From Escherichia coli (GTDB taxonomy: Bacteria > Pseudomonadota > Gammaproteobacteria > Enterobacterales > Enterobacteriaceae): DNA of 64,000 nt. The notes below the pieces were generated by a model, which ran no database searches, was not told the origin of the DNA, and saw only the letters and a program-made list of their open reading frames with translations. The translations under genes were made by a program, and so were the position numbers. This document shows positions 30,271 to 46,437 of the stretch, one piece after another. Each line of letters opens with the position of its first letter. Positions within the stretch are counted from its first letter, which is position 1. Location of the stretch: NCBI RefSeq assembly GCF_030013595.1, contig NZ_CP122768.1, one strand, 5' to 3'.

Positions 30271-31070
30271 TCCCATTCAGGAGCCAGACCTTCCGGGCTA
30301 ACCAGGCGGTCGTTGCAATCCAGTGCGGCGATCGCTTTTTTATCTTCGGCATCAAGCTGTAAATTTTGTGCCTTAAGATTACTTTCCAGGTTTTTACGTT
30401 TAGTAGAAGAAGGAATTACTGAGTAACCTTCCCCCATAGCCCACGCCAGAATCACTTGTGCCGGAGTCGCATTGTGTTTAGCTGCGATACGAGCAATAAC
30501 CTCATCTTTCAGGGCCTTACCATACGCCAGCGTCATATAGGAAGTAATATGGATGCCGTGCTGTTTAGCCCAGGCAACCACTTTACGGTTTTGCAGATAA
30601 GGAGAGAGTTCAATCTGGTTAGTAGCGATGTTTTCAGCACCAACAGCAGCAATCGCTTTTTCCATCAATGGGATCGTGAAGTTGGAAATACCGATCTCAC
30701 GCGTCAGCCCTTGTTTTTTGGCTTCCAGCAGCGCCTGCATAAACTCTTCAACAGAGACTTCATCGTTTGGTGACGGCCAGTGGATTAGCGTCAGATCAAC
30801 ATAATCAGTACGCAATTTTTGCAGGCTCTCTTGCAGACTCGGGATCAATTTGTCTTTGCTGAGATTTTCAATCCAGATTTTAGTGGTGATGTAGAGTTCA
30901 TGACGTGGCACGCCACTTTCTGCAATCGCCTGACCTACGGCAGCTTCGTTATCATAGATTTGTGCGGTATCAATTGCGCGATAACCAAGTTCAAGCGCCG
31001 TTTTCACAGATGAAATAACAACGTCGTCTTTGAGACGGAAAGTACCTAAACCAAATGCAGGGATAGCCAT
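30267..31070 (-). CDS. dkgB: 2,5-diketo-D-gluconate reductase B (aldo-keto reductase)
   Basis: Aldo-keto reductase fold; 267 aa. Confidence 0.9.
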   Translation of the reverse strand: MAIPAFGLGTFRLKDDVVISSVKTALELGYRAIDTAQIYDNEAAVGQAIAESGVPRHELYITTKIWIENLSKDKLIPSLQESLQKLRTDYVDLTLIHWPSPNDEVSVEEFMQALLEAKKQGLTREIGISNFTIPLMEKAIAAVGAENIATNQIELSPYLQNRKVVAWAKQHGIHITSYMTLAYGKALKDEVIARIAAKHNATPAQVILAWAMGEGYSVIPSSTKRKNLESNLKAQNLQLDAEDKKAIAALDCNDRLVSPEGLAPEWD

Positions 31071-31190
31071 AATATGCCTCTTTTAATGCTATTTTCGTTA
31101 ACTGAGGTGATTATGGGCTTCAGACTGTTGCGGAAAAAGAGCGTAAAATGCAGAGGATTTTTGCGATTCTGGCAATAATAGATATACAGA

Positions 31191-31222
31191 CGAAAAAAAA
31201 CCTCGAGCGTTAACTCGAGGCT
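31191..31222 (-). terminator. rrn operon terminator downstream of aspU
   Basis: Hairpin CCTCGAG...CTCGAGG followed by a U8 tract on the - strand. Confidence 0.7.
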
Positions 31223-31232
31223 TCTTAATAAG

Positions 31233-31309
31233 TGGCGGAACGGACGGGACTCGAACCCGCGACCCCCTGCGTGACAGGCAGGTATTCTAACCGACTGAAC
31301 TACCGCTCC
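31233..31309 (-). tRNA. aspU: tRNA-Asp (GUC), distal gene of the rrn operon
   Basis: Identical to the aspV sequence and located 3' of the 5S rRNA. Confidence 0.95.
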
Positions 31310-31361
31310 ACCGAATTCTTTTACAACCACCGGTTTTATGACCGGCTTACTGCTTAATTTG

Positions 31362-31481
31362 ATGCCTGGCAGTTCCCTACTCTCGCATGGGGAGACCCCA
31401 CACTACCATCGGCGCTACGGCGTTTCACTTCTGAGTTCGGCATGGGGTCAGGTGGGACCACCGCGCTAAGGCCGCCAGGCA
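31362..31481 (-). rRNA. rrfH: 5S ribosomal RNA
   Basis: The reverse complement matches E. coli 5S (TGCCTGGCGGC...CAGGCAT). Confidence 0.95.
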
Positions 31482-31573
31482 AATTCTGTTTCATCAGACC
31501 GCTTCTGCGTTCTGAGTTAATCTGTATCAGGCTGAAAATCTTCTCTCATCCGCCAAAACATCTTCGGCGTTGT

Positions 31574-34478
<2,905 letters not shown>

Positions 34479-34663
34479 TCACAACCCGAAGATGTTTCTT
34501 TCGATTCATCATCGTGTTGCGAAAATTTGAGAGACTCACGAATAATCTTTCGACTATTCAGTGTTTCAATTTTCAGCTTGATCCAGATTTTTAAAGAGCA
34601 AAACTTCGCAGTGAACCTTTGCAGGTACACTCTGAAGTATTTTTTATTTAATCACTACAGAGA

Positions 34664-34739
34664 TGGTGGAGCTATGCGGGATCGAACCGCAGACCTCCTG
34701 CGTGCAAAGCAGGCGCTCTCCCAGCTGAGCTATAGCCCC
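34664..34739 (-). tRNA. alaV: tRNA-Ala (UGC), 16S-23S spacer
   Basis: The reverse complement reads GGGGCTATAGCTCAGCTGGGAGAGCGCCTGCTTTGCACGCAGGAGGTCTGCGGTTCGATCCCGCATAGCTCCACCA. Confidence 0.95.
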
Positions 34740-34781
34740 ATAACATGTAGTTAAAACCTCTTCAAATTTGCCGTGCAAATT

Positions 34782-34858
<77 letters not shown>

Positions 34859-34926
34859 GTAGAGGTTTTACTGCTCATTTTCATCAGACAATCTGTGTGA
34901 GCACTGCAAAGTACGCTTCTTTAAGG

Positions 34927-36468
<1,542 letters not shown>

Positions 36469-36589
36469 AAAAGTTTGATGCTCAAAGAATTAAACTTCGT
36501 AATGAATTACGTGTTCACTCTTGAGACTTGGTATTCATTTTTCGTCTTGCGACGTTAAGAATCCGTATCTTCGAGTGCCCACACAGATT

Positions 36590-36800
36590 GTCTGATAAAT
36601 TGTTAAAGAGCAGTTGCGACGCGGCTTTCAGCTCGCTGTCGCGAGGTGGCGTATATTACGCTTTCCTCTTTCAGAGTCAACCCTGAATTTCAGGATTTTT
36701 CTCTTCAACCGAACCGGCTGTTTGTGTGAAGTGATTCACATCCGCCGTGTCGATGGAGGCGCATTATAGGGAGTCGGCTCAGGAAGACAAGCGGAAAAAT
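36590..36800 (-). promoter_or_regulatory. rrn operon control region: P1 and P2 promoters and the boxA antitermination element
   Basis: On the - strand: P1 (CTTGTC ... TATAAT), P2 (TTGACT ... TAATAT) and boxA TGCTCTTTAACAA in the leader, with AT-rich UP/Fis-type sequence upstream. Confidence 0.7.
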
Positions 36801-36833
36801 GCATTTTTATTTCAACCGCTCATCTTTTAATCA

Positions 36834-37406
36834 TTACGCCGGTTTTTGCTGCTTTTTTATCGCTTGCGGCAGGTCTGCCAGGCTATTTAACACCCAATCC
36901 GCCGCGTTTTCTGCTTCAGGCGTAACAGGTTTACCCGTACGCACCAGCACTTTTGTTCCCACGTTCGCCGCAGCCGCTGCCTGCATATCTTCTAATTTAT
37001 CGCCCACCATATAAGAAGCGGCCATATCAATATGCAAATAATCGCGTGCCGATAAAAGCATCCCCGGATGTGGTTTGCGGCAGTCGCAGACCTGGCGAAA
37101 CTCTTCAACACTACCCTGCGGATGATGCGGGCAATAATAGATACCATCCAGATCGACATCGCGGTCCGCCAGCGACCAGTCCATCCACTCGGTCAGCGTT
37201 TCAAACTGTGCTTCAGTAAATTTACCGCGAGCAATGCCAGACTGGTTGGTTACTACCACCAGCGCAAAGCCCATTTTTTTTAGCTCGCGCATGGCGTCAA
37301 TAACACCGTCGATAAATTCAAAGTTGTCGATCTCATGGACATAGCCGTGATCGACATTAATGGTGCCATCACGGTCAAGAAAAATTGCGGGTACGCTCTT
37401 CGCCAC
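36834..37406 (-). CDS. gmhB: D-glycero-D-manno-heptose 1,7-bisphosphate phosphatase
   Basis: HAD-family motif FLDRDGTIN at the N-terminus; 190 aa. Confidence 0.9.
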   Translation of the reverse strand: MAKSVPAIFLDRDGTINVDHGYVHEIDNFEFIDGVIDAMRELKKMGFALVVVTNQSGIARGKFTEAQFETLTEWMDWSLADRDVDLDGIYYCPHHPQGSVEEFRQVCDCRKPHPGMLLSARDYLHIDMAASYMVGDKLEDMQAAAAANVGTKVLVRTGKPVTPEAENAADWVLNSLADLPQAIKKQQKPA

Positions 37407-37495
37407 CTTTTATAGCTCCTTAATAAGGCATGTGACGCTAGTATCGCATGTTTCGACCTGCAAGAAAGTGCTCTTCGCATAAACCTGATTGATTT

Positions 37496-37519
37496 AGACG
37501 TCTGGATACCTTAACATCC
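37496..37519. promoter_or_regulatory. MetJ operator-like met boxes upstream of metN
   Basis: AGACGTCT followed by degenerate 8-bp repeats (GGATACCT, TAACATCC), about 75 bp upstream of the metN start. Confidence 0.5.
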
Positions 37520-37593
37520 ATTTCATTGACGGCGTTGCCCGTTTCAGGCATTCGAGATGCCACGACTAACTTAATGACGATAATAAATAATCA

Positions 37594-38625
37594 ATGATAA
37601 AACTTTCGAATATCACCAAAGTGTTCCACCAGGGCACCCGCACCATCCAGGCGTTGAACAACGTCAGCCTGCATGTGCCAGCTGGACAAATTTATGGCGT
37701 TATCGGTGCCTCAGGCGCGGGTAAGAGTACGCTTATACGTTGTGTAAACCTGCTGGAGCGCCCAACCGAGGGTAGCGTGCTGGTCGATGGCCAGGAACTG
37801 ACCACGCTGTCAGAATCCGAGTTGACCAAAGCTCGCCGCCAGATTGGTATGATTTTCCAGCATTTTAACCTGCTCTCTTCGCGTACTGTTTTTGGCAACG
37901 TGGCTCTGCCGCTGGAGCTGGACAATACACCGAAAGACGAGATCAAACGTCGCGTGACGGAATTGCTGTCATTGGTTGGTCTTGGCGATAAGCATGATAG
38001 CTACCCGTCGAATCTTTCCGGTGGGCAGAAACAGCGTGTGGCGATTGCCCGTGCGTTAGCCAGCAATCCCAAAGTATTGCTGTGTGATGAAGCCACCAGC
38101 GCGCTGGACCCGGCAACGACACGTTCTATTCTCGAACTGCTGAAAGACATTAACCGCCGTCTGGGTTTGACGATTCTGTTGATCACCCACGAAATGGACG
38201 TTGTGAAGCGCATTTGTGATTGCGTGGCTGTTATCAGTAATGGCGAACTGATCGAGCAGGACACGGTAAGTGAAGTGTTCTCGCATCCGAAAACGCCGCT
38301 GGCGCAGAAGTTTATTCAGTCGACCCTGCATCTGGATATCCCGGAAGATTATCAGGAGCGTCTGCAAGCGGAGCCATTCACTGACTGCGTGCCGATGCTG
38401 CGTCTGGAGTTTACCGGTCAATCGGTCGATGCCCCACTGCTTTCTGAAACCGCGCGTCGTTTCAACGTCAACAACAACATTATTAGCGCGCAGATGGATT
38501 ATGCCGGTGGCGTTAAGTTCGGCATCATGCTGACTGAAATGCACGGCACACAACAAGATACGCAAGCCGCCATTGCCTGGCTGCAGGAACACCATGTAAA
38601 AGTAGAGGTACTGGGTTATGTCTGA
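37594..38625 (+). CDS. metN: Methionine ABC transporter ATP-binding protein
   Basis: Walker [10 protein letters not shown], the ABC signature LSGGQKQR and a C-terminal regulatory domain. Confidence 0.9.
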
Positions 38626-39271
38626 GCCGATGATGTGGTTGCTGGTTCGTGGCGTATGGGAAACGCTGGCAATGACCTTCGTATCCGGTTTTTTTGGTTT
38701 TGTGATTGGTCTGCCGGTTGGCGTCCTGCTTTATGTCACGCGTCCGGGGCAAATTATTGCTAACGCGAAGCTGTATCGTACCGTTTCTGCGATTGTGAAC
38801 ATTTTCCGTTCCATCCCATTCATTATCTTGCTGGTATGGATGATTCCGTTTACCCGCGTTATTGTCGGTACATCGATTGGTTTGCAGGCAGCGATTGTTC
38901 CGTTAACCGTTGGTGCAGCACCGTTTATTGCCCGTATGGTCGAGAACGCTCTGCTGGAGATCCCAACCGGGCTAATTGAAGCTTCCCGCGCAATGGGTGC
39001 CACGCCGATGCAGATCGTCCGTAAAGTGCTGTTACCGGAAGCGTTGCCGGGTCTGGTGAATGCGGCAACTATCACCCTGATTACCCTGGTCGGTTATTCC
39101 GCGATGGGTGGTGCAGTCGGTGCCGGTGGTTTAGGTCAGATTGGCTATCAGTATGGCTACATCGGCTACAACGCGACGGTGATGAATACGGTACTGGTAT
39201 TGCTGGTCATTCTGGTTTATTTAATTCAGTTCGCAGGCGACCGCATCGTCCGGGCTGTCACTCGCAAGTAA
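38618..39271 (+). CDS. metI: Methionine ABC transporter permease
   Basis: Multi-span hydrophobic protein overlapping the metN stop. Confidence 0.9.
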
Positions 39272-39310
39272 CGTTCAACACAACATAAATAATTGAAGAA
39301 GGAATAAGGT

Positions 39311-40126
39311 ATGGCGTTCAAATTCAAAACCTTTGCGGCAGTGGGAGCCCTGATTGGATCACTGGCACTGGTAGGCTGCGGTCAGGATGAAAAAGATCCA
39401 AACCACATTAAAGTCGGCGTGATTGTTGGTGCCGAACAGCAGGTTGCAGAAGTCGCGCAGAAAGTTGCGAAAGACAAATATGGCCTGGACGTTGAGCTGG
39501 TAACCTTCAACGACTATGTTCTGCCAAACGAAGCATTGAGCAAAGGCGATATCGACGCCAACGCCTTCCAGCATAAACCGTACCTTGATCAGCAACTGAA
39601 AGATCGTGGCTACAAACTGGTCGCAGTAGGCAACACTTTTGTTTATCCGATTGCAGGTTACTCCAAGAAAATCAAATCACTGGATGAACTGCAGGATGGT
39701 TCGCAGGTTGCCGTGCCAAACGACCCAACTAACCTTGGTCGTTCACTGCTGCTGCTGCAAAAAGTGGGCTTGATCAAACTGAAAGATGGCGTTGGCCTGC
39801 TGCCGACCGTTCTTGATGTTGTTGAGAACCCAAAAAATCTGAAAATTGTTGAGCTGGAAGCACCGCAGCTGCCTCGCTCTCTGGACGACGCGCAAATCGC
39901 TCTGGCAGTTATCAATACCACCTATGCCAGCCAGATTGGCCTGACTCCGGCGAATGACGGTATCTTTGTCGAAGATAAAGACTCCCCGTACGTAAACCTG
40001 ATCGTGACGCGTGAAGATAACAAAGACGCCGAGAACGTGAAGAAATTCGTCCAGGCTTATCAGTCTGACGAAGTTTACGAAGCAGCAAACAAAGTGTTTA
40101 ACGGCGGCGCTGTTAAAGGCTGGTAA
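39311..40126 (+). CDS. metQ: Methionine-binding lipoprotein
   Basis: Lipobox LVGCGQ and an NlpA-type substrate-binding protein. Confidence 0.9.
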   Translation: MAFKFKTFAAVGALIGSLALVGCGQDEKDPNHIKVGVIVGAEQQVAEVAQKVAKDKYGLDVELVTFNDYVLPNEALSKGDIDANAFQHKPYLDQQLKDRGYKLVAVGNTFVYPIAGYSKKIKSLDELQDGSQVAVPNDPTNLGRSLLLLQKVGLIKLKDGVGLLPTVLDVVENPKNLKIVELEAPQLPRSLDDAQIALAVINTTYASQIGLTPANDGIFVEDKDSPYVNLIVTREDNKDAENVKKFVQAYQSDEVYEAANKVFNGGAVKGW

Positions 40127-40164
40127 TTTTTAGGCTGTTTCCACAATTTGTAATATCATTCAGG

Positions 40165-40192
40165 ACGGGCGCTTGCCCGTCTTGTCATTTTT
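40165..40192 (+). terminator. Rho-independent terminator after metQ
   Basis: Hairpin GACGGGCGCTTGCCCGTC followed by a T-rich tract. Confidence 0.6.
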
Positions 40193-40243
40193 ACAAGCTC
40201 CTGATTCAATATTGACGTTTTGATCATACATTGAGGAAATACT

Positions 40244-40648
40244 ATGCGTGCTTTACCGATCTGTTTAGTAGCACTCATGCTAAGCGGCTGTTCCATGTTA
40301 AGCAGATCCCCTGTCGAACCCGTTCAAAGCACTGCACCCCAGCCGAAAGCGGAGCCTGCAAAACCGAAAGCGCCGCGCGCCACGCCGGTCCGAATTTATA
40401 CCAATGCAGAAGAATTAGTCGGCAAACCGTTCCGCGATCTCGGTGAAGTCAGTGGCGACTCTTGCCAGGCCTCTAATCAGGACTCTCCGCCGAGCATTCC
40501 AACCGCACGTAAGCGGATGCAAATCAACGCCTCTAAAATGAAAGCCAATGCGGTATTACTGCATAGCTGCGAAGTCACCAGCGGTACGCCAGGTTGCTAT
40601 CGTCAGGCTGTATGTATCGGTTCTGCGCTTAACATCACGGCGAAATGA
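40244..40648 (+). CDS. rcsF: Outer-membrane lipoprotein RcsF (Rcs phosphorelay sensor)
   Basis: Lipobox MLSGCS, a Pro-rich linker and four conserved Cys residues; 134 aa. Confidence 0.9.
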   Translation: MRALPICLVALMLSGCSMLSRSPVEPVQSTAPQPKAEPAKPKAPRATPVRIYTNAEELVGKPFRDLGEVSGDSCQASNQDSPPSIPTARKRMQINASKMKANAVLLHSCEVTSGTPGCYRQAVCIGSALNITAK

Positions 40649-41352
40649 GCAGTTTCCAATTCGAGCAAATAGGCGTTATTCGCTCGCCCTATAAAGAAAA
40701 ATTCGCCGTTCCGCGCCAGCCAGGTCTGGTAAAAAGCGCCAACGGCGAACTGCATCTCATTGCTCCCTACAACCAGGCCGATGCCGTTCGCGGCCTGAAA
40801 GCGTTCAGCCATTTATGGATCCTTTTCGTCTTTCATCAAACGATGGAAGGCGGCTGGCGTCCGACTGTGCGTCCACCTCGCCTCGGCGGTAATGCCAGAA
40901 TGGGTGTTTTCGCTACGCGCTCCACTTTCCGCCCTAACCCGATTGGTATGTCGCTGGTAGAGCTGAAAGAGGTTGTTTGCCATAAAGACAGCGTGATTCT
41001 GAAGCTTGGCAGTCTGGATCTGGTTGATGGTACGCCGGTGGTGGATATCAAACCGTATCTCCCCTTTGCCGAATCGCTTCCAAATGCCAGTGCCAGCTAT
41101 GCGCAAAGTGCGCCAGCGGCAGAGATGGCGGTGAGCTTTACCGCAGAGGTCGAAAAGCAGCTTTTGACGCTGGAGAAACGTTATCCGCAGTTAACGCTGT
41201 TTATCCGCGAAGTACTGGCGCAGGACCCGCGCCCGGCCTATCGTAAAGGTGAGGAAACGGGCAAAACCTATGCCGTCTGGCTGCATGATTTTAACGTTCG
41301 CTGGCGCGTCACCGACGCAGGTTTTGAAGTCTTTGCGCTGGAACCGCGTTAA
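40645..41352 (+). CDS. trmO: tRNA (adenine37-N6)-methyltransferase TrmO (YaeB/TsaA family)
   Basis: YaeB-like fold; overlaps the rcsF stop. Confidence 0.85.
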   Translation: MSSFQFEQIGVIRSPYKEKFAVPRQPGLVKSANGELHLIAPYNQADAVRGLKAFSHLWILFVFHQTMEGGWRPTVRPPRLGGNARMGVFATRSTFRPNPIGMSLVELKEVVCHKDSVILKLGSLDLVDGTPVVDIKPYLPFAESLPNASASYAQSAPAAEMAVSFTAEVEKQLLTLEKRYPQLTLFIREVLAQDPRPAYRKGEETGKTYAVWLHDFNVRWRVTDAGFEVFALEPR

Positions 41353-41462
41353 ATTCGCGCCCTTCTCTTTTGACATTTCTTTTGCACTGGTAAACTAAAT
41401 CACTTTTTTTGTCCCAGGCTCGCCTTGAGCCTGTTCTACCTTCCAACTGGAACCGTAACAAC

Positions 41463-43181
41463 ATGCGTACTAGCCAATACCTGCTCTCCACTCTCAAGGA
41501 GACACCTGCCGACGCCGAGGTGATCAGCCATCAGCTGATGCTGCGCGCCGGGATGATCCGCAAGCTGGCCTCCGGGTTATATACCTGGCTGCCGACCGGC
41601 GTGCGCGTTCTGAAAAAAGTCGAAAACATCGTGCGTGAAGAGATGAACAACGCCGGTGCGATCGAGGTGTCGATGCCGGTGGTTCAGCCAGCCGATTTGT
41701 GGCAAGAGAGTGGTCGTTGGGAACAGTACGGTCCGGAACTGCTGCGTTTTGTTGACCGTGGCGAGCGTCCGTTCGTACTCGGCCCAACTCATGAAGAAGT
41801 TATTACAGACCTGATTCGTAACGAGCTGAGCTCTTACAAACAGCTGCCGCTGAACTTCTATCAGATCCAGACCAAGTTCCGCGACGAAGTGCGTCCGCGT
41901 TTCGGCGTCATGCGTTCCCGCGAATTCCTGATGAAAGATGCTTACTCTTTCCATACTTCTCAGGAATCCTTACAGGAAACCTACGATGCAATGTATGCGG
42001 CCTACAGCAAAATCTTCAGCCGCATGGGGCTGGATTTCCGCGCCGTACAGGCCGACACCGGTTCTATCGGCGGTAGCGCCTCTCACGAATTCCAGGTGCT
42101 GGCGCAGAGCGGTGAAGACGATGTGGTCTTCTCCGACACCTCTGACTATGCAGCGAACATTGAGCTGGCAGAAGCTATCGCGCCGAAAGAACCGCGCGCT
42201 GCTGCTACCCAGGAAATGACGCTGGTTGATACGCCGAACGCGAAGACCATCGCGGAACTGGTTGAACAGTTCAATCTGCCGATTGAGAAAACGGTTAAGA
42301 CTCTGCTGGTTAAAGCGGTTGAAGGCAGTAGCTTCCCGCTGGTTGCGCTGCTGGTGCGCGGTGACCACGAGCTGAACGAAGTTAAAGCAGAAAAACTGCC
42401 GCAGGTTGCAAGCCCGCTGACTTTCGCGACCGAAGAAGAAATTCGTGCCGTGGTTAAAGCCGGTCCGGGTTCACTGGGTCCGGTAAACATGCCGATTCCG
42501 GTGGTGATTGACCGTACCGTTGCAGCGATGAGTGATTTCGCTGCTGGTGCTAACATCGATGGTAAACACTACTTCGGTATCAACTGGGATCGCGATGTCG
42601 CTACCCCGGAAATTGCTGATATCCGTAACGTGGTGGCGGGCGATCCAAGCCCGGATGGCCAGGGTACACTGCTGATCAAACGTGGTATCGAAGTTGGTCA
42701 CATCTTCCAGCTGGGTACCAAGTACTCCGAAGCACTGAAAGCCTCCGTACAGGGTGAAGATGGCCGTAATCAAATCCTGACGATGGGTTGCTACGGTATC
42801 GGAGTAACGCGTGTAGTAGCTGCGGCGATTGAGCAGAACTACGACGAACGCGGCATCGTATGGCCTGACGCTATCGCACCGTTCCAGGTGGCGATTCTGC
42901 CGATGAACATGCATAAATCCTTCCGCGTACAGGAACTTGCTGAGAAACTGTACAGCGAACTGCGCGCGCAGGGTATCGAAGTGCTGCTGGATGACCGCAA
43001 AGAGCGTCCGGGCGTGATGTTTGCTGATATGGAACTGATCGGTATTCCGCACACTATTGTGCTGGGCGACCGTAACCTCGACAACGACGATATCGAATAT
43101 AAATATCGTCGTAACGGCGAGAAACAGTTAATTAAGACTGGTGACATCGTCGATTATCTGGTGAAACAGATTAAAGGCTGA
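41463..43181 (+). CDS. proS: Prolyl-tRNA synthetase
   Basis: [31 protein letters not shown]... is the ProRS N-terminus. Start placed at ATG 41463, giving 572 aa. Confidence 0.95.
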   Translation: MRTSQYLLSTLKETPADAEVISHQLMLRAGMIRKLASGLYTWLPTGVRVLKKVENIVREEMNNAGAIEVSMPVVQPADLWQESGRWEQYGPELLRFVDRGERPFVLGPTHEEVITDLIRNELSSYKQLPLNFYQIQTKFRDEVRPRFGVMRSREFLMKDAYSFHTSQESLQETYDAMYAAYSKIFSRMGLDFRAVQADTGSIGGSASHEFQVLAQSGEDDVVFSDTSDYAANIELAEAIAPKEPRAAATQEMTLVDTPNAKTIAELVEQFNLPIEKTVKTLLVKAVEGSSFPLVALLVRGDHELNEVKAEKLPQVASPLTFATEEEIRAVVKAGPGSLGPVNMPIPVVIDRTVAAMSDFAAGANIDGKHYFGINWDRDVATPEIADIRNVVAGDPSPDGQGTLLIKRGIEVGHIFQLGTKYSEALKASVQGEDGRNQILTMGCYGIGVTRVVAAAIEQNYDERGIVWPDAIAPFQVAILPMNMHKSFRVQELAEKLYSELRAQGIEVLLDDRKERPGVMFADMELIGIPHTIVLGDRNLDNDDIEYKYRRNGEKQLIKTGDIVDYLVKQIKG

Positions 43182-43188
43182 TGCCAGA

Positions 43189-43218
43189 AAGGGTCCTGAA
43201 TTTCAGGGCCCTTTTTTA
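43189..43218 (+). terminator. Rho-independent terminator after proS
   Basis: Hairpin AGGGTCCTGAA...TTCAGGGCCCT followed by TTTTTT. Confidence 0.65.
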
Positions 43219-43224
43219 CATGGA

Positions 43225-44058
43225 TTGTATAAAATGGATAAACCAAAGGCGCATTGCTGCCTGCTTCTCCCCTGCTTTCTTTTCCTTTCGGCCTGTACCG
43301 TAGATATCAGCCAGCCAGACTCATCAGTCACAGCGGTAGATGCCGGGGCAAAAACATGGGCTGTCAAATTCCAGCATCAAAGCTCTTTCACCGAACAATC
43401 AATAAAAGAAATAACGGTACCTGATCTCAAACACGGCGATTTGCTGTTCTCCTCAAGCCTTGGGGTAACCTCATTTGGAATCCGCGTCTTCAGCACTTCC
43501 TCTGTGAGTCACGTTGCAATCTATCTGGGTGAAAATAACGTTGCAGAAGCGACAGGCGCTGGCGTCCAGATTGTTTCCCTCAAAAAAGCGATGAAGCATA
43601 GCGATAAGCTTTTCGTCTTACGAGTCCCGGATCTTACCCCGCAACAAGCCACAGAAATCACCGCGTTCGCCAACAAAATTAAAGATAGCGGTTACAACTA
43701 TCGCGGCATTGTCGAATTTATTCCATTTATGGTGACTCGCCAGATGTGCTCACTAAATCCGTTCTCCGAGGATTTTCGTCAACAGTGCGTCAGCGGCCTG
43801 GCGAAAGCGCAGTTAAGCAGTGTGGGCGAAGGAGACAAAAAGTCGTGGTTTTGTTCGGAATTTGTCACTGATGCATTTGCCAAAGCCGGGCATCCGCTTA
43901 CGCTGGCGCAATCAGGCTGGATTAGCCCTGCCGATCTGATGCATATGCGTACTGGCGATATCTCTGCGTTTAAGCCAGAAACGCAGTTACAGTATGTTGG
44001 GCACATGAAGCCTGGGATTTATATCAAGGCGGGTCGCTTTGTTGGGCTGACTCAGTGA
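43225..44058 (+). CDS. yaeF: NlpC/P60-like (permuted papain fold) lipoprotein YaeF
   Basis: Lipobox LSACT; 277 aa; conserved position after proS. Confidence 0.8.
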   Translation: MYKMDKPKAHCCLLLPCFLFLSACTVDISQPDSSVTAVDAGAKTWAVKFQHQSSFTEQSIKEITVPDLKHGDLLFSSSLGVTSFGIRVFSTSSVSHVAIYLGENNVAEATGAGVQIVSLKKAMKHSDKLFVLRVPDLTPQQATEITAFANKIKDSGYNYRGIVEFIPFMVTRQMCSLNPFSEDFRQQCVSGLAKAQLSSVGEGDKKSWFCSEFVTDAFAKAGHPLTLAQSGWISPADLMHMRTGDISAFKPETQLQYVGHMKPGIYIKAGRFVGLTQ

Positions 44059-44060
44059 TG

Positions 44061-44085
44061 AAAGCCGGAGAATGCTCCGGCTTTC
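44061..44085. terminator. Bidirectional terminator between yaeF and nlpE
   Basis: Hairpin AAAGCCGGAG-AATG-CTCCGGCTTT. Confidence 0.6.
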
Positions 44086-44087
44086 AA

Positions 44088-44798
44088 TTACTGCCCCAAA
44101 CTACTGCAATCCTGGTTCGGGTAAAATTTACCTGCCGTATCGGGCGCTAATACTTTGGTCGGCGCACCGGTATCCGGATTAGCCTCAAGCGTAAAGTGAC
44201 CTTCTACTGACAGTAACACCGGTTTTTCACTGTTACCGCGCGCAGCCAGGTAGCCACGCTCCAGCTCTGCGTTATTCGCCACCATGAAACGTTTTCCGGT
44301 CGCGCAATCAGTGAAGGTCGCCGCATCAGCCATATAAAAATACATGCCCCGCAGGGTCATCGGTGTCATGGGTAAGCTGGATTGTGCCGGTTCCAGCGTA
44401 TAGTTGAACTGCGATTCAATCGGATTACCTTCACGATCGAGCATCTCCAGCGCATCGCCTTTCGCCCGATAATATGACTTTTCACCTTTGCTGTCGGTTA
44501 ATACCAGCTTGTCAGCGGTTCGCGCCCATGTACCGTAGGAAGCGAAAGAGGAAGGCTCTTCACGCGCACCAAGATAGCGTTCATTCATCACCCAGGTTCC
44601 ATCTTTTTCGAGGAACAAAGAGGTTTCGATCCCTTCGCAATCGGCACACGGCAGCACGCCGCGCCAACTTTGCGGCATCGGTTTCAGTTCGGCAGCCTGC
44701 GCCGGAGAAAGCGTGTCGACTTCGGCCCGATTATTACATCCCATCAGAGTAAAGAGGCTGATTACAGTCATCGCTGTCACTATCGCTTTTTTCACCAT
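44088..44798 (-). CDS. nlpE: Envelope-stress lipoprotein NlpE (CutF)
   Basis: Lipobox LMGCNN and the CXXC motif (LPCADCEG); 236 aa. Confidence 0.9.
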   Translation of the reverse strand: MVKKAIVTAMTVISLFTLMGCNNRAEVDTLSPAQAAELKPMPQSWRGVLPCADCEGIETSLFLEKDGTWVMNERYLGAREEPSSFASYGTWARTADKLVLTDSKGEKSYYRAKGDALEMLDREGNPIESQFNYTLEPAQSSLPMTPMTLRGMYFYMADAATFTDCATGKRFMVANNAELERGYLAARGNSEKPVLLSVEGHFTLEANPDTGAPTKVLAPDTAGKFYPNQDCSSLGQ

Positions 44799-44811
44799 CC
44801 ATTCCTTCTTT

Positions 44812-45234
44812 TTATTCCCGACCGCTGCGCACTTTGCCGCGCATCGCCTTCACGCTTGATTTTTGTGCTTTCGATGCCAGCCTGCGCTCTTTTGATGCGC
44901 GGGTGGGCCGCGTGGGTCGTCGGGCTTTTTGTTCTGTTGTTAAATCTTTAATCACTGCCACCAGCCGGGCCAGCGCCGCTTCGCGGTTGAGCTCCTGATT
45001 GCGGTATTCCTGTGCCTTAATGACAATCACGCCATCACTGCTGATCAAATGATGGCTGGCGGCGAGCAGACGCTCTTTGTAATACTCTGGCAGGCTGGAC
45101 GCCCGAATGTCAAAACGCAGATGAATAGCCGTTGAGGTCTTATTAACATGCTGCCCGCCCGCGCCCTGCGCACGAATGGCGGTGATCTCAAGCTCACCAT
45201 CGGGGATAGCAACATGTCGGGAAATCACAATCAT
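44812..45234 (-). CDS. arfB: Peptidyl-tRNA hydrolase ArfB (YaeJ), ribosome rescue factor
   Basis: GGQ motif ([11 protein letters not shown]) and a basic C-terminal tail; 140 aa. Confidence 0.9.
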   Translation of the reverse strand: MIVISRHVAIPDGELEITAIRAQGAGGQHVNKTSTAIHLRFDIRASSLPEYYKERLLAASHHLISSDGVIVIKAQEYRNQELNREAALARLVAVIKDLTTEQKARRPTRPTRASKERRLASKAQKSSVKAMRGKVRSGRE

Positions 45235-45776
45235 GAAGGTTGTTGCCAGACGGTTAAGTTCACTTCCAGATTATTCTTATCATCCGATAACCAGATCACG
45301 CCATCCTGAATCGTTGCCTGCAGCGTCATGGTACGATCGGCAAAGGCGCTTACTTTCGCCAGTTGTTCATCGTCCAGATACCAGACGGAAAGATTGGCAA
45401 ACTGCGCACATTTGCTCTGATTTTGCTGCCACCAGATTTGCGCCGCCCGACTATTATAGGCAAACAGTGCCACTTCTGCGGCCTGGGTGCAGGCTTTCTT
45501 AATCCGCCGCTCATCCGGCAGCCCCAGCTCAATCCACAAATCAATGCCCAAATGATCGTTACGCAGCCACGCTTCCGGCTCATCATCGGCACACAAACCA
45601 CGGGTAAATTGCAGACGTTCATCAGCATATTTCAGCCACGCCAGCAGGCGCAGCATCATGCGCTCCTGGGTTTCTGAAGGGTGGCGCGCCAGCGTCAGAG
45701 AGGCATCGAGAAACTGGTTACGGTCGAGATCGGCCACATTAACCGTTGCTTTATAAATTGTCGCTTTAAGCGCCAT
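45231..45776 (-). CDS. yaeQ: YaeQ-family protein
   Basis: 181-aa protein overlapping the arfB start. Confidence 0.85.
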   Translation of the reverse strand: MALKATIYKATVNVADLDRNQFLDASLTLARHPSETQERMMLRLLAWLKYADERLQFTRGLCADDEPEAWLRNDHLGIDLWIELGLPDERRIKKACTQAAEVALFAYNSRAAQIWWQQNQSKCAQFANLSVWYLDDEQLAKVSAFADRTMTLQATIQDGVIWLSDDKNNLEVNLTVWQQPS

Positions 45777-45941
45777 AAGAAAACTCCTTTCGAATCAGGA
45801 GGCCATTGTAACGGAATACGTGCAGTTGCGGCGCTGATATTGCAGAAATGAGTGTGGTATAGTCACCTTGCGAAACAGAGTTTATCTTCGTAGGCTTAGA
45901 CTTGCATCCACGGTTAAGTCAGAGTGCTGACAGGAGGGCAT

Positions 45942-46142
45942 GTGGAAAAATATTGTGAGTTAATACGCAAGCGGTACGCGGAAATCGCCAGCGGAGACTT
46001 AGGATACGTTCCGGACGCGCTGGGCTGCGTTTTGAAAGTGCTGAATGAAATGGCTGCCGACGACGCCCTTTCTGAGGCTGTCAGGGAAAAAGCAGCATAC
46101 GCTGCGGCAAACTTACTGGTGAGCGATTATGTCAATGAATGA
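45942..46142 (+). CDS. yaeP: Small protein YaeP
   Basis: 66 aa from GTG 45942 behind an AGGAGGG ribosome-binding site ([19 protein letters not shown]...). Confidence 0.8.
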
Positions 46143-46389
46143 TACGTATCAACCAATCAATTGTGATGATTACGATAATCTTGAGCTCGCCTGCCAGCAT
46201 CATTTAATGCTGACACTTGAGCTGAAAGATGGCGAAAAATTGCAGGCGAAGGCCAGCGATTTAGTCTCCCGCAAAAATGTGGAGTATCTGGTCGTCGAGG
46301 CCGCTGGTACAACCCGCGAGCTGCGTCTGGATAAAATTACCAGCTTTAGCCACCCGGAAATCGGTACGGTGGTGGTGAGCGAGTCCTGA
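46129..46389 (+). CDS. rof: Rho-binding antiterminator Rof (YaeO)
   Basis: 86-aa protein overlapping the yaeP stop. Confidence 0.85.
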
Positions 46390-46398
46390 TTGACTTTC

Positions 46399-46431
46399 GC
46401 CGGATGCGACGTTTGAAGCGTCTTATCCGGC
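46399..46431. repeat. REP (repetitive extragenic palindrome) element
   Basis: GCCGGATGCGACG...CGTCTTATCCGGC between rof and tilS matches the canonical REP consensus shape. Confidence 0.7.
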
Positions 46432-46437
46432 TTTCAC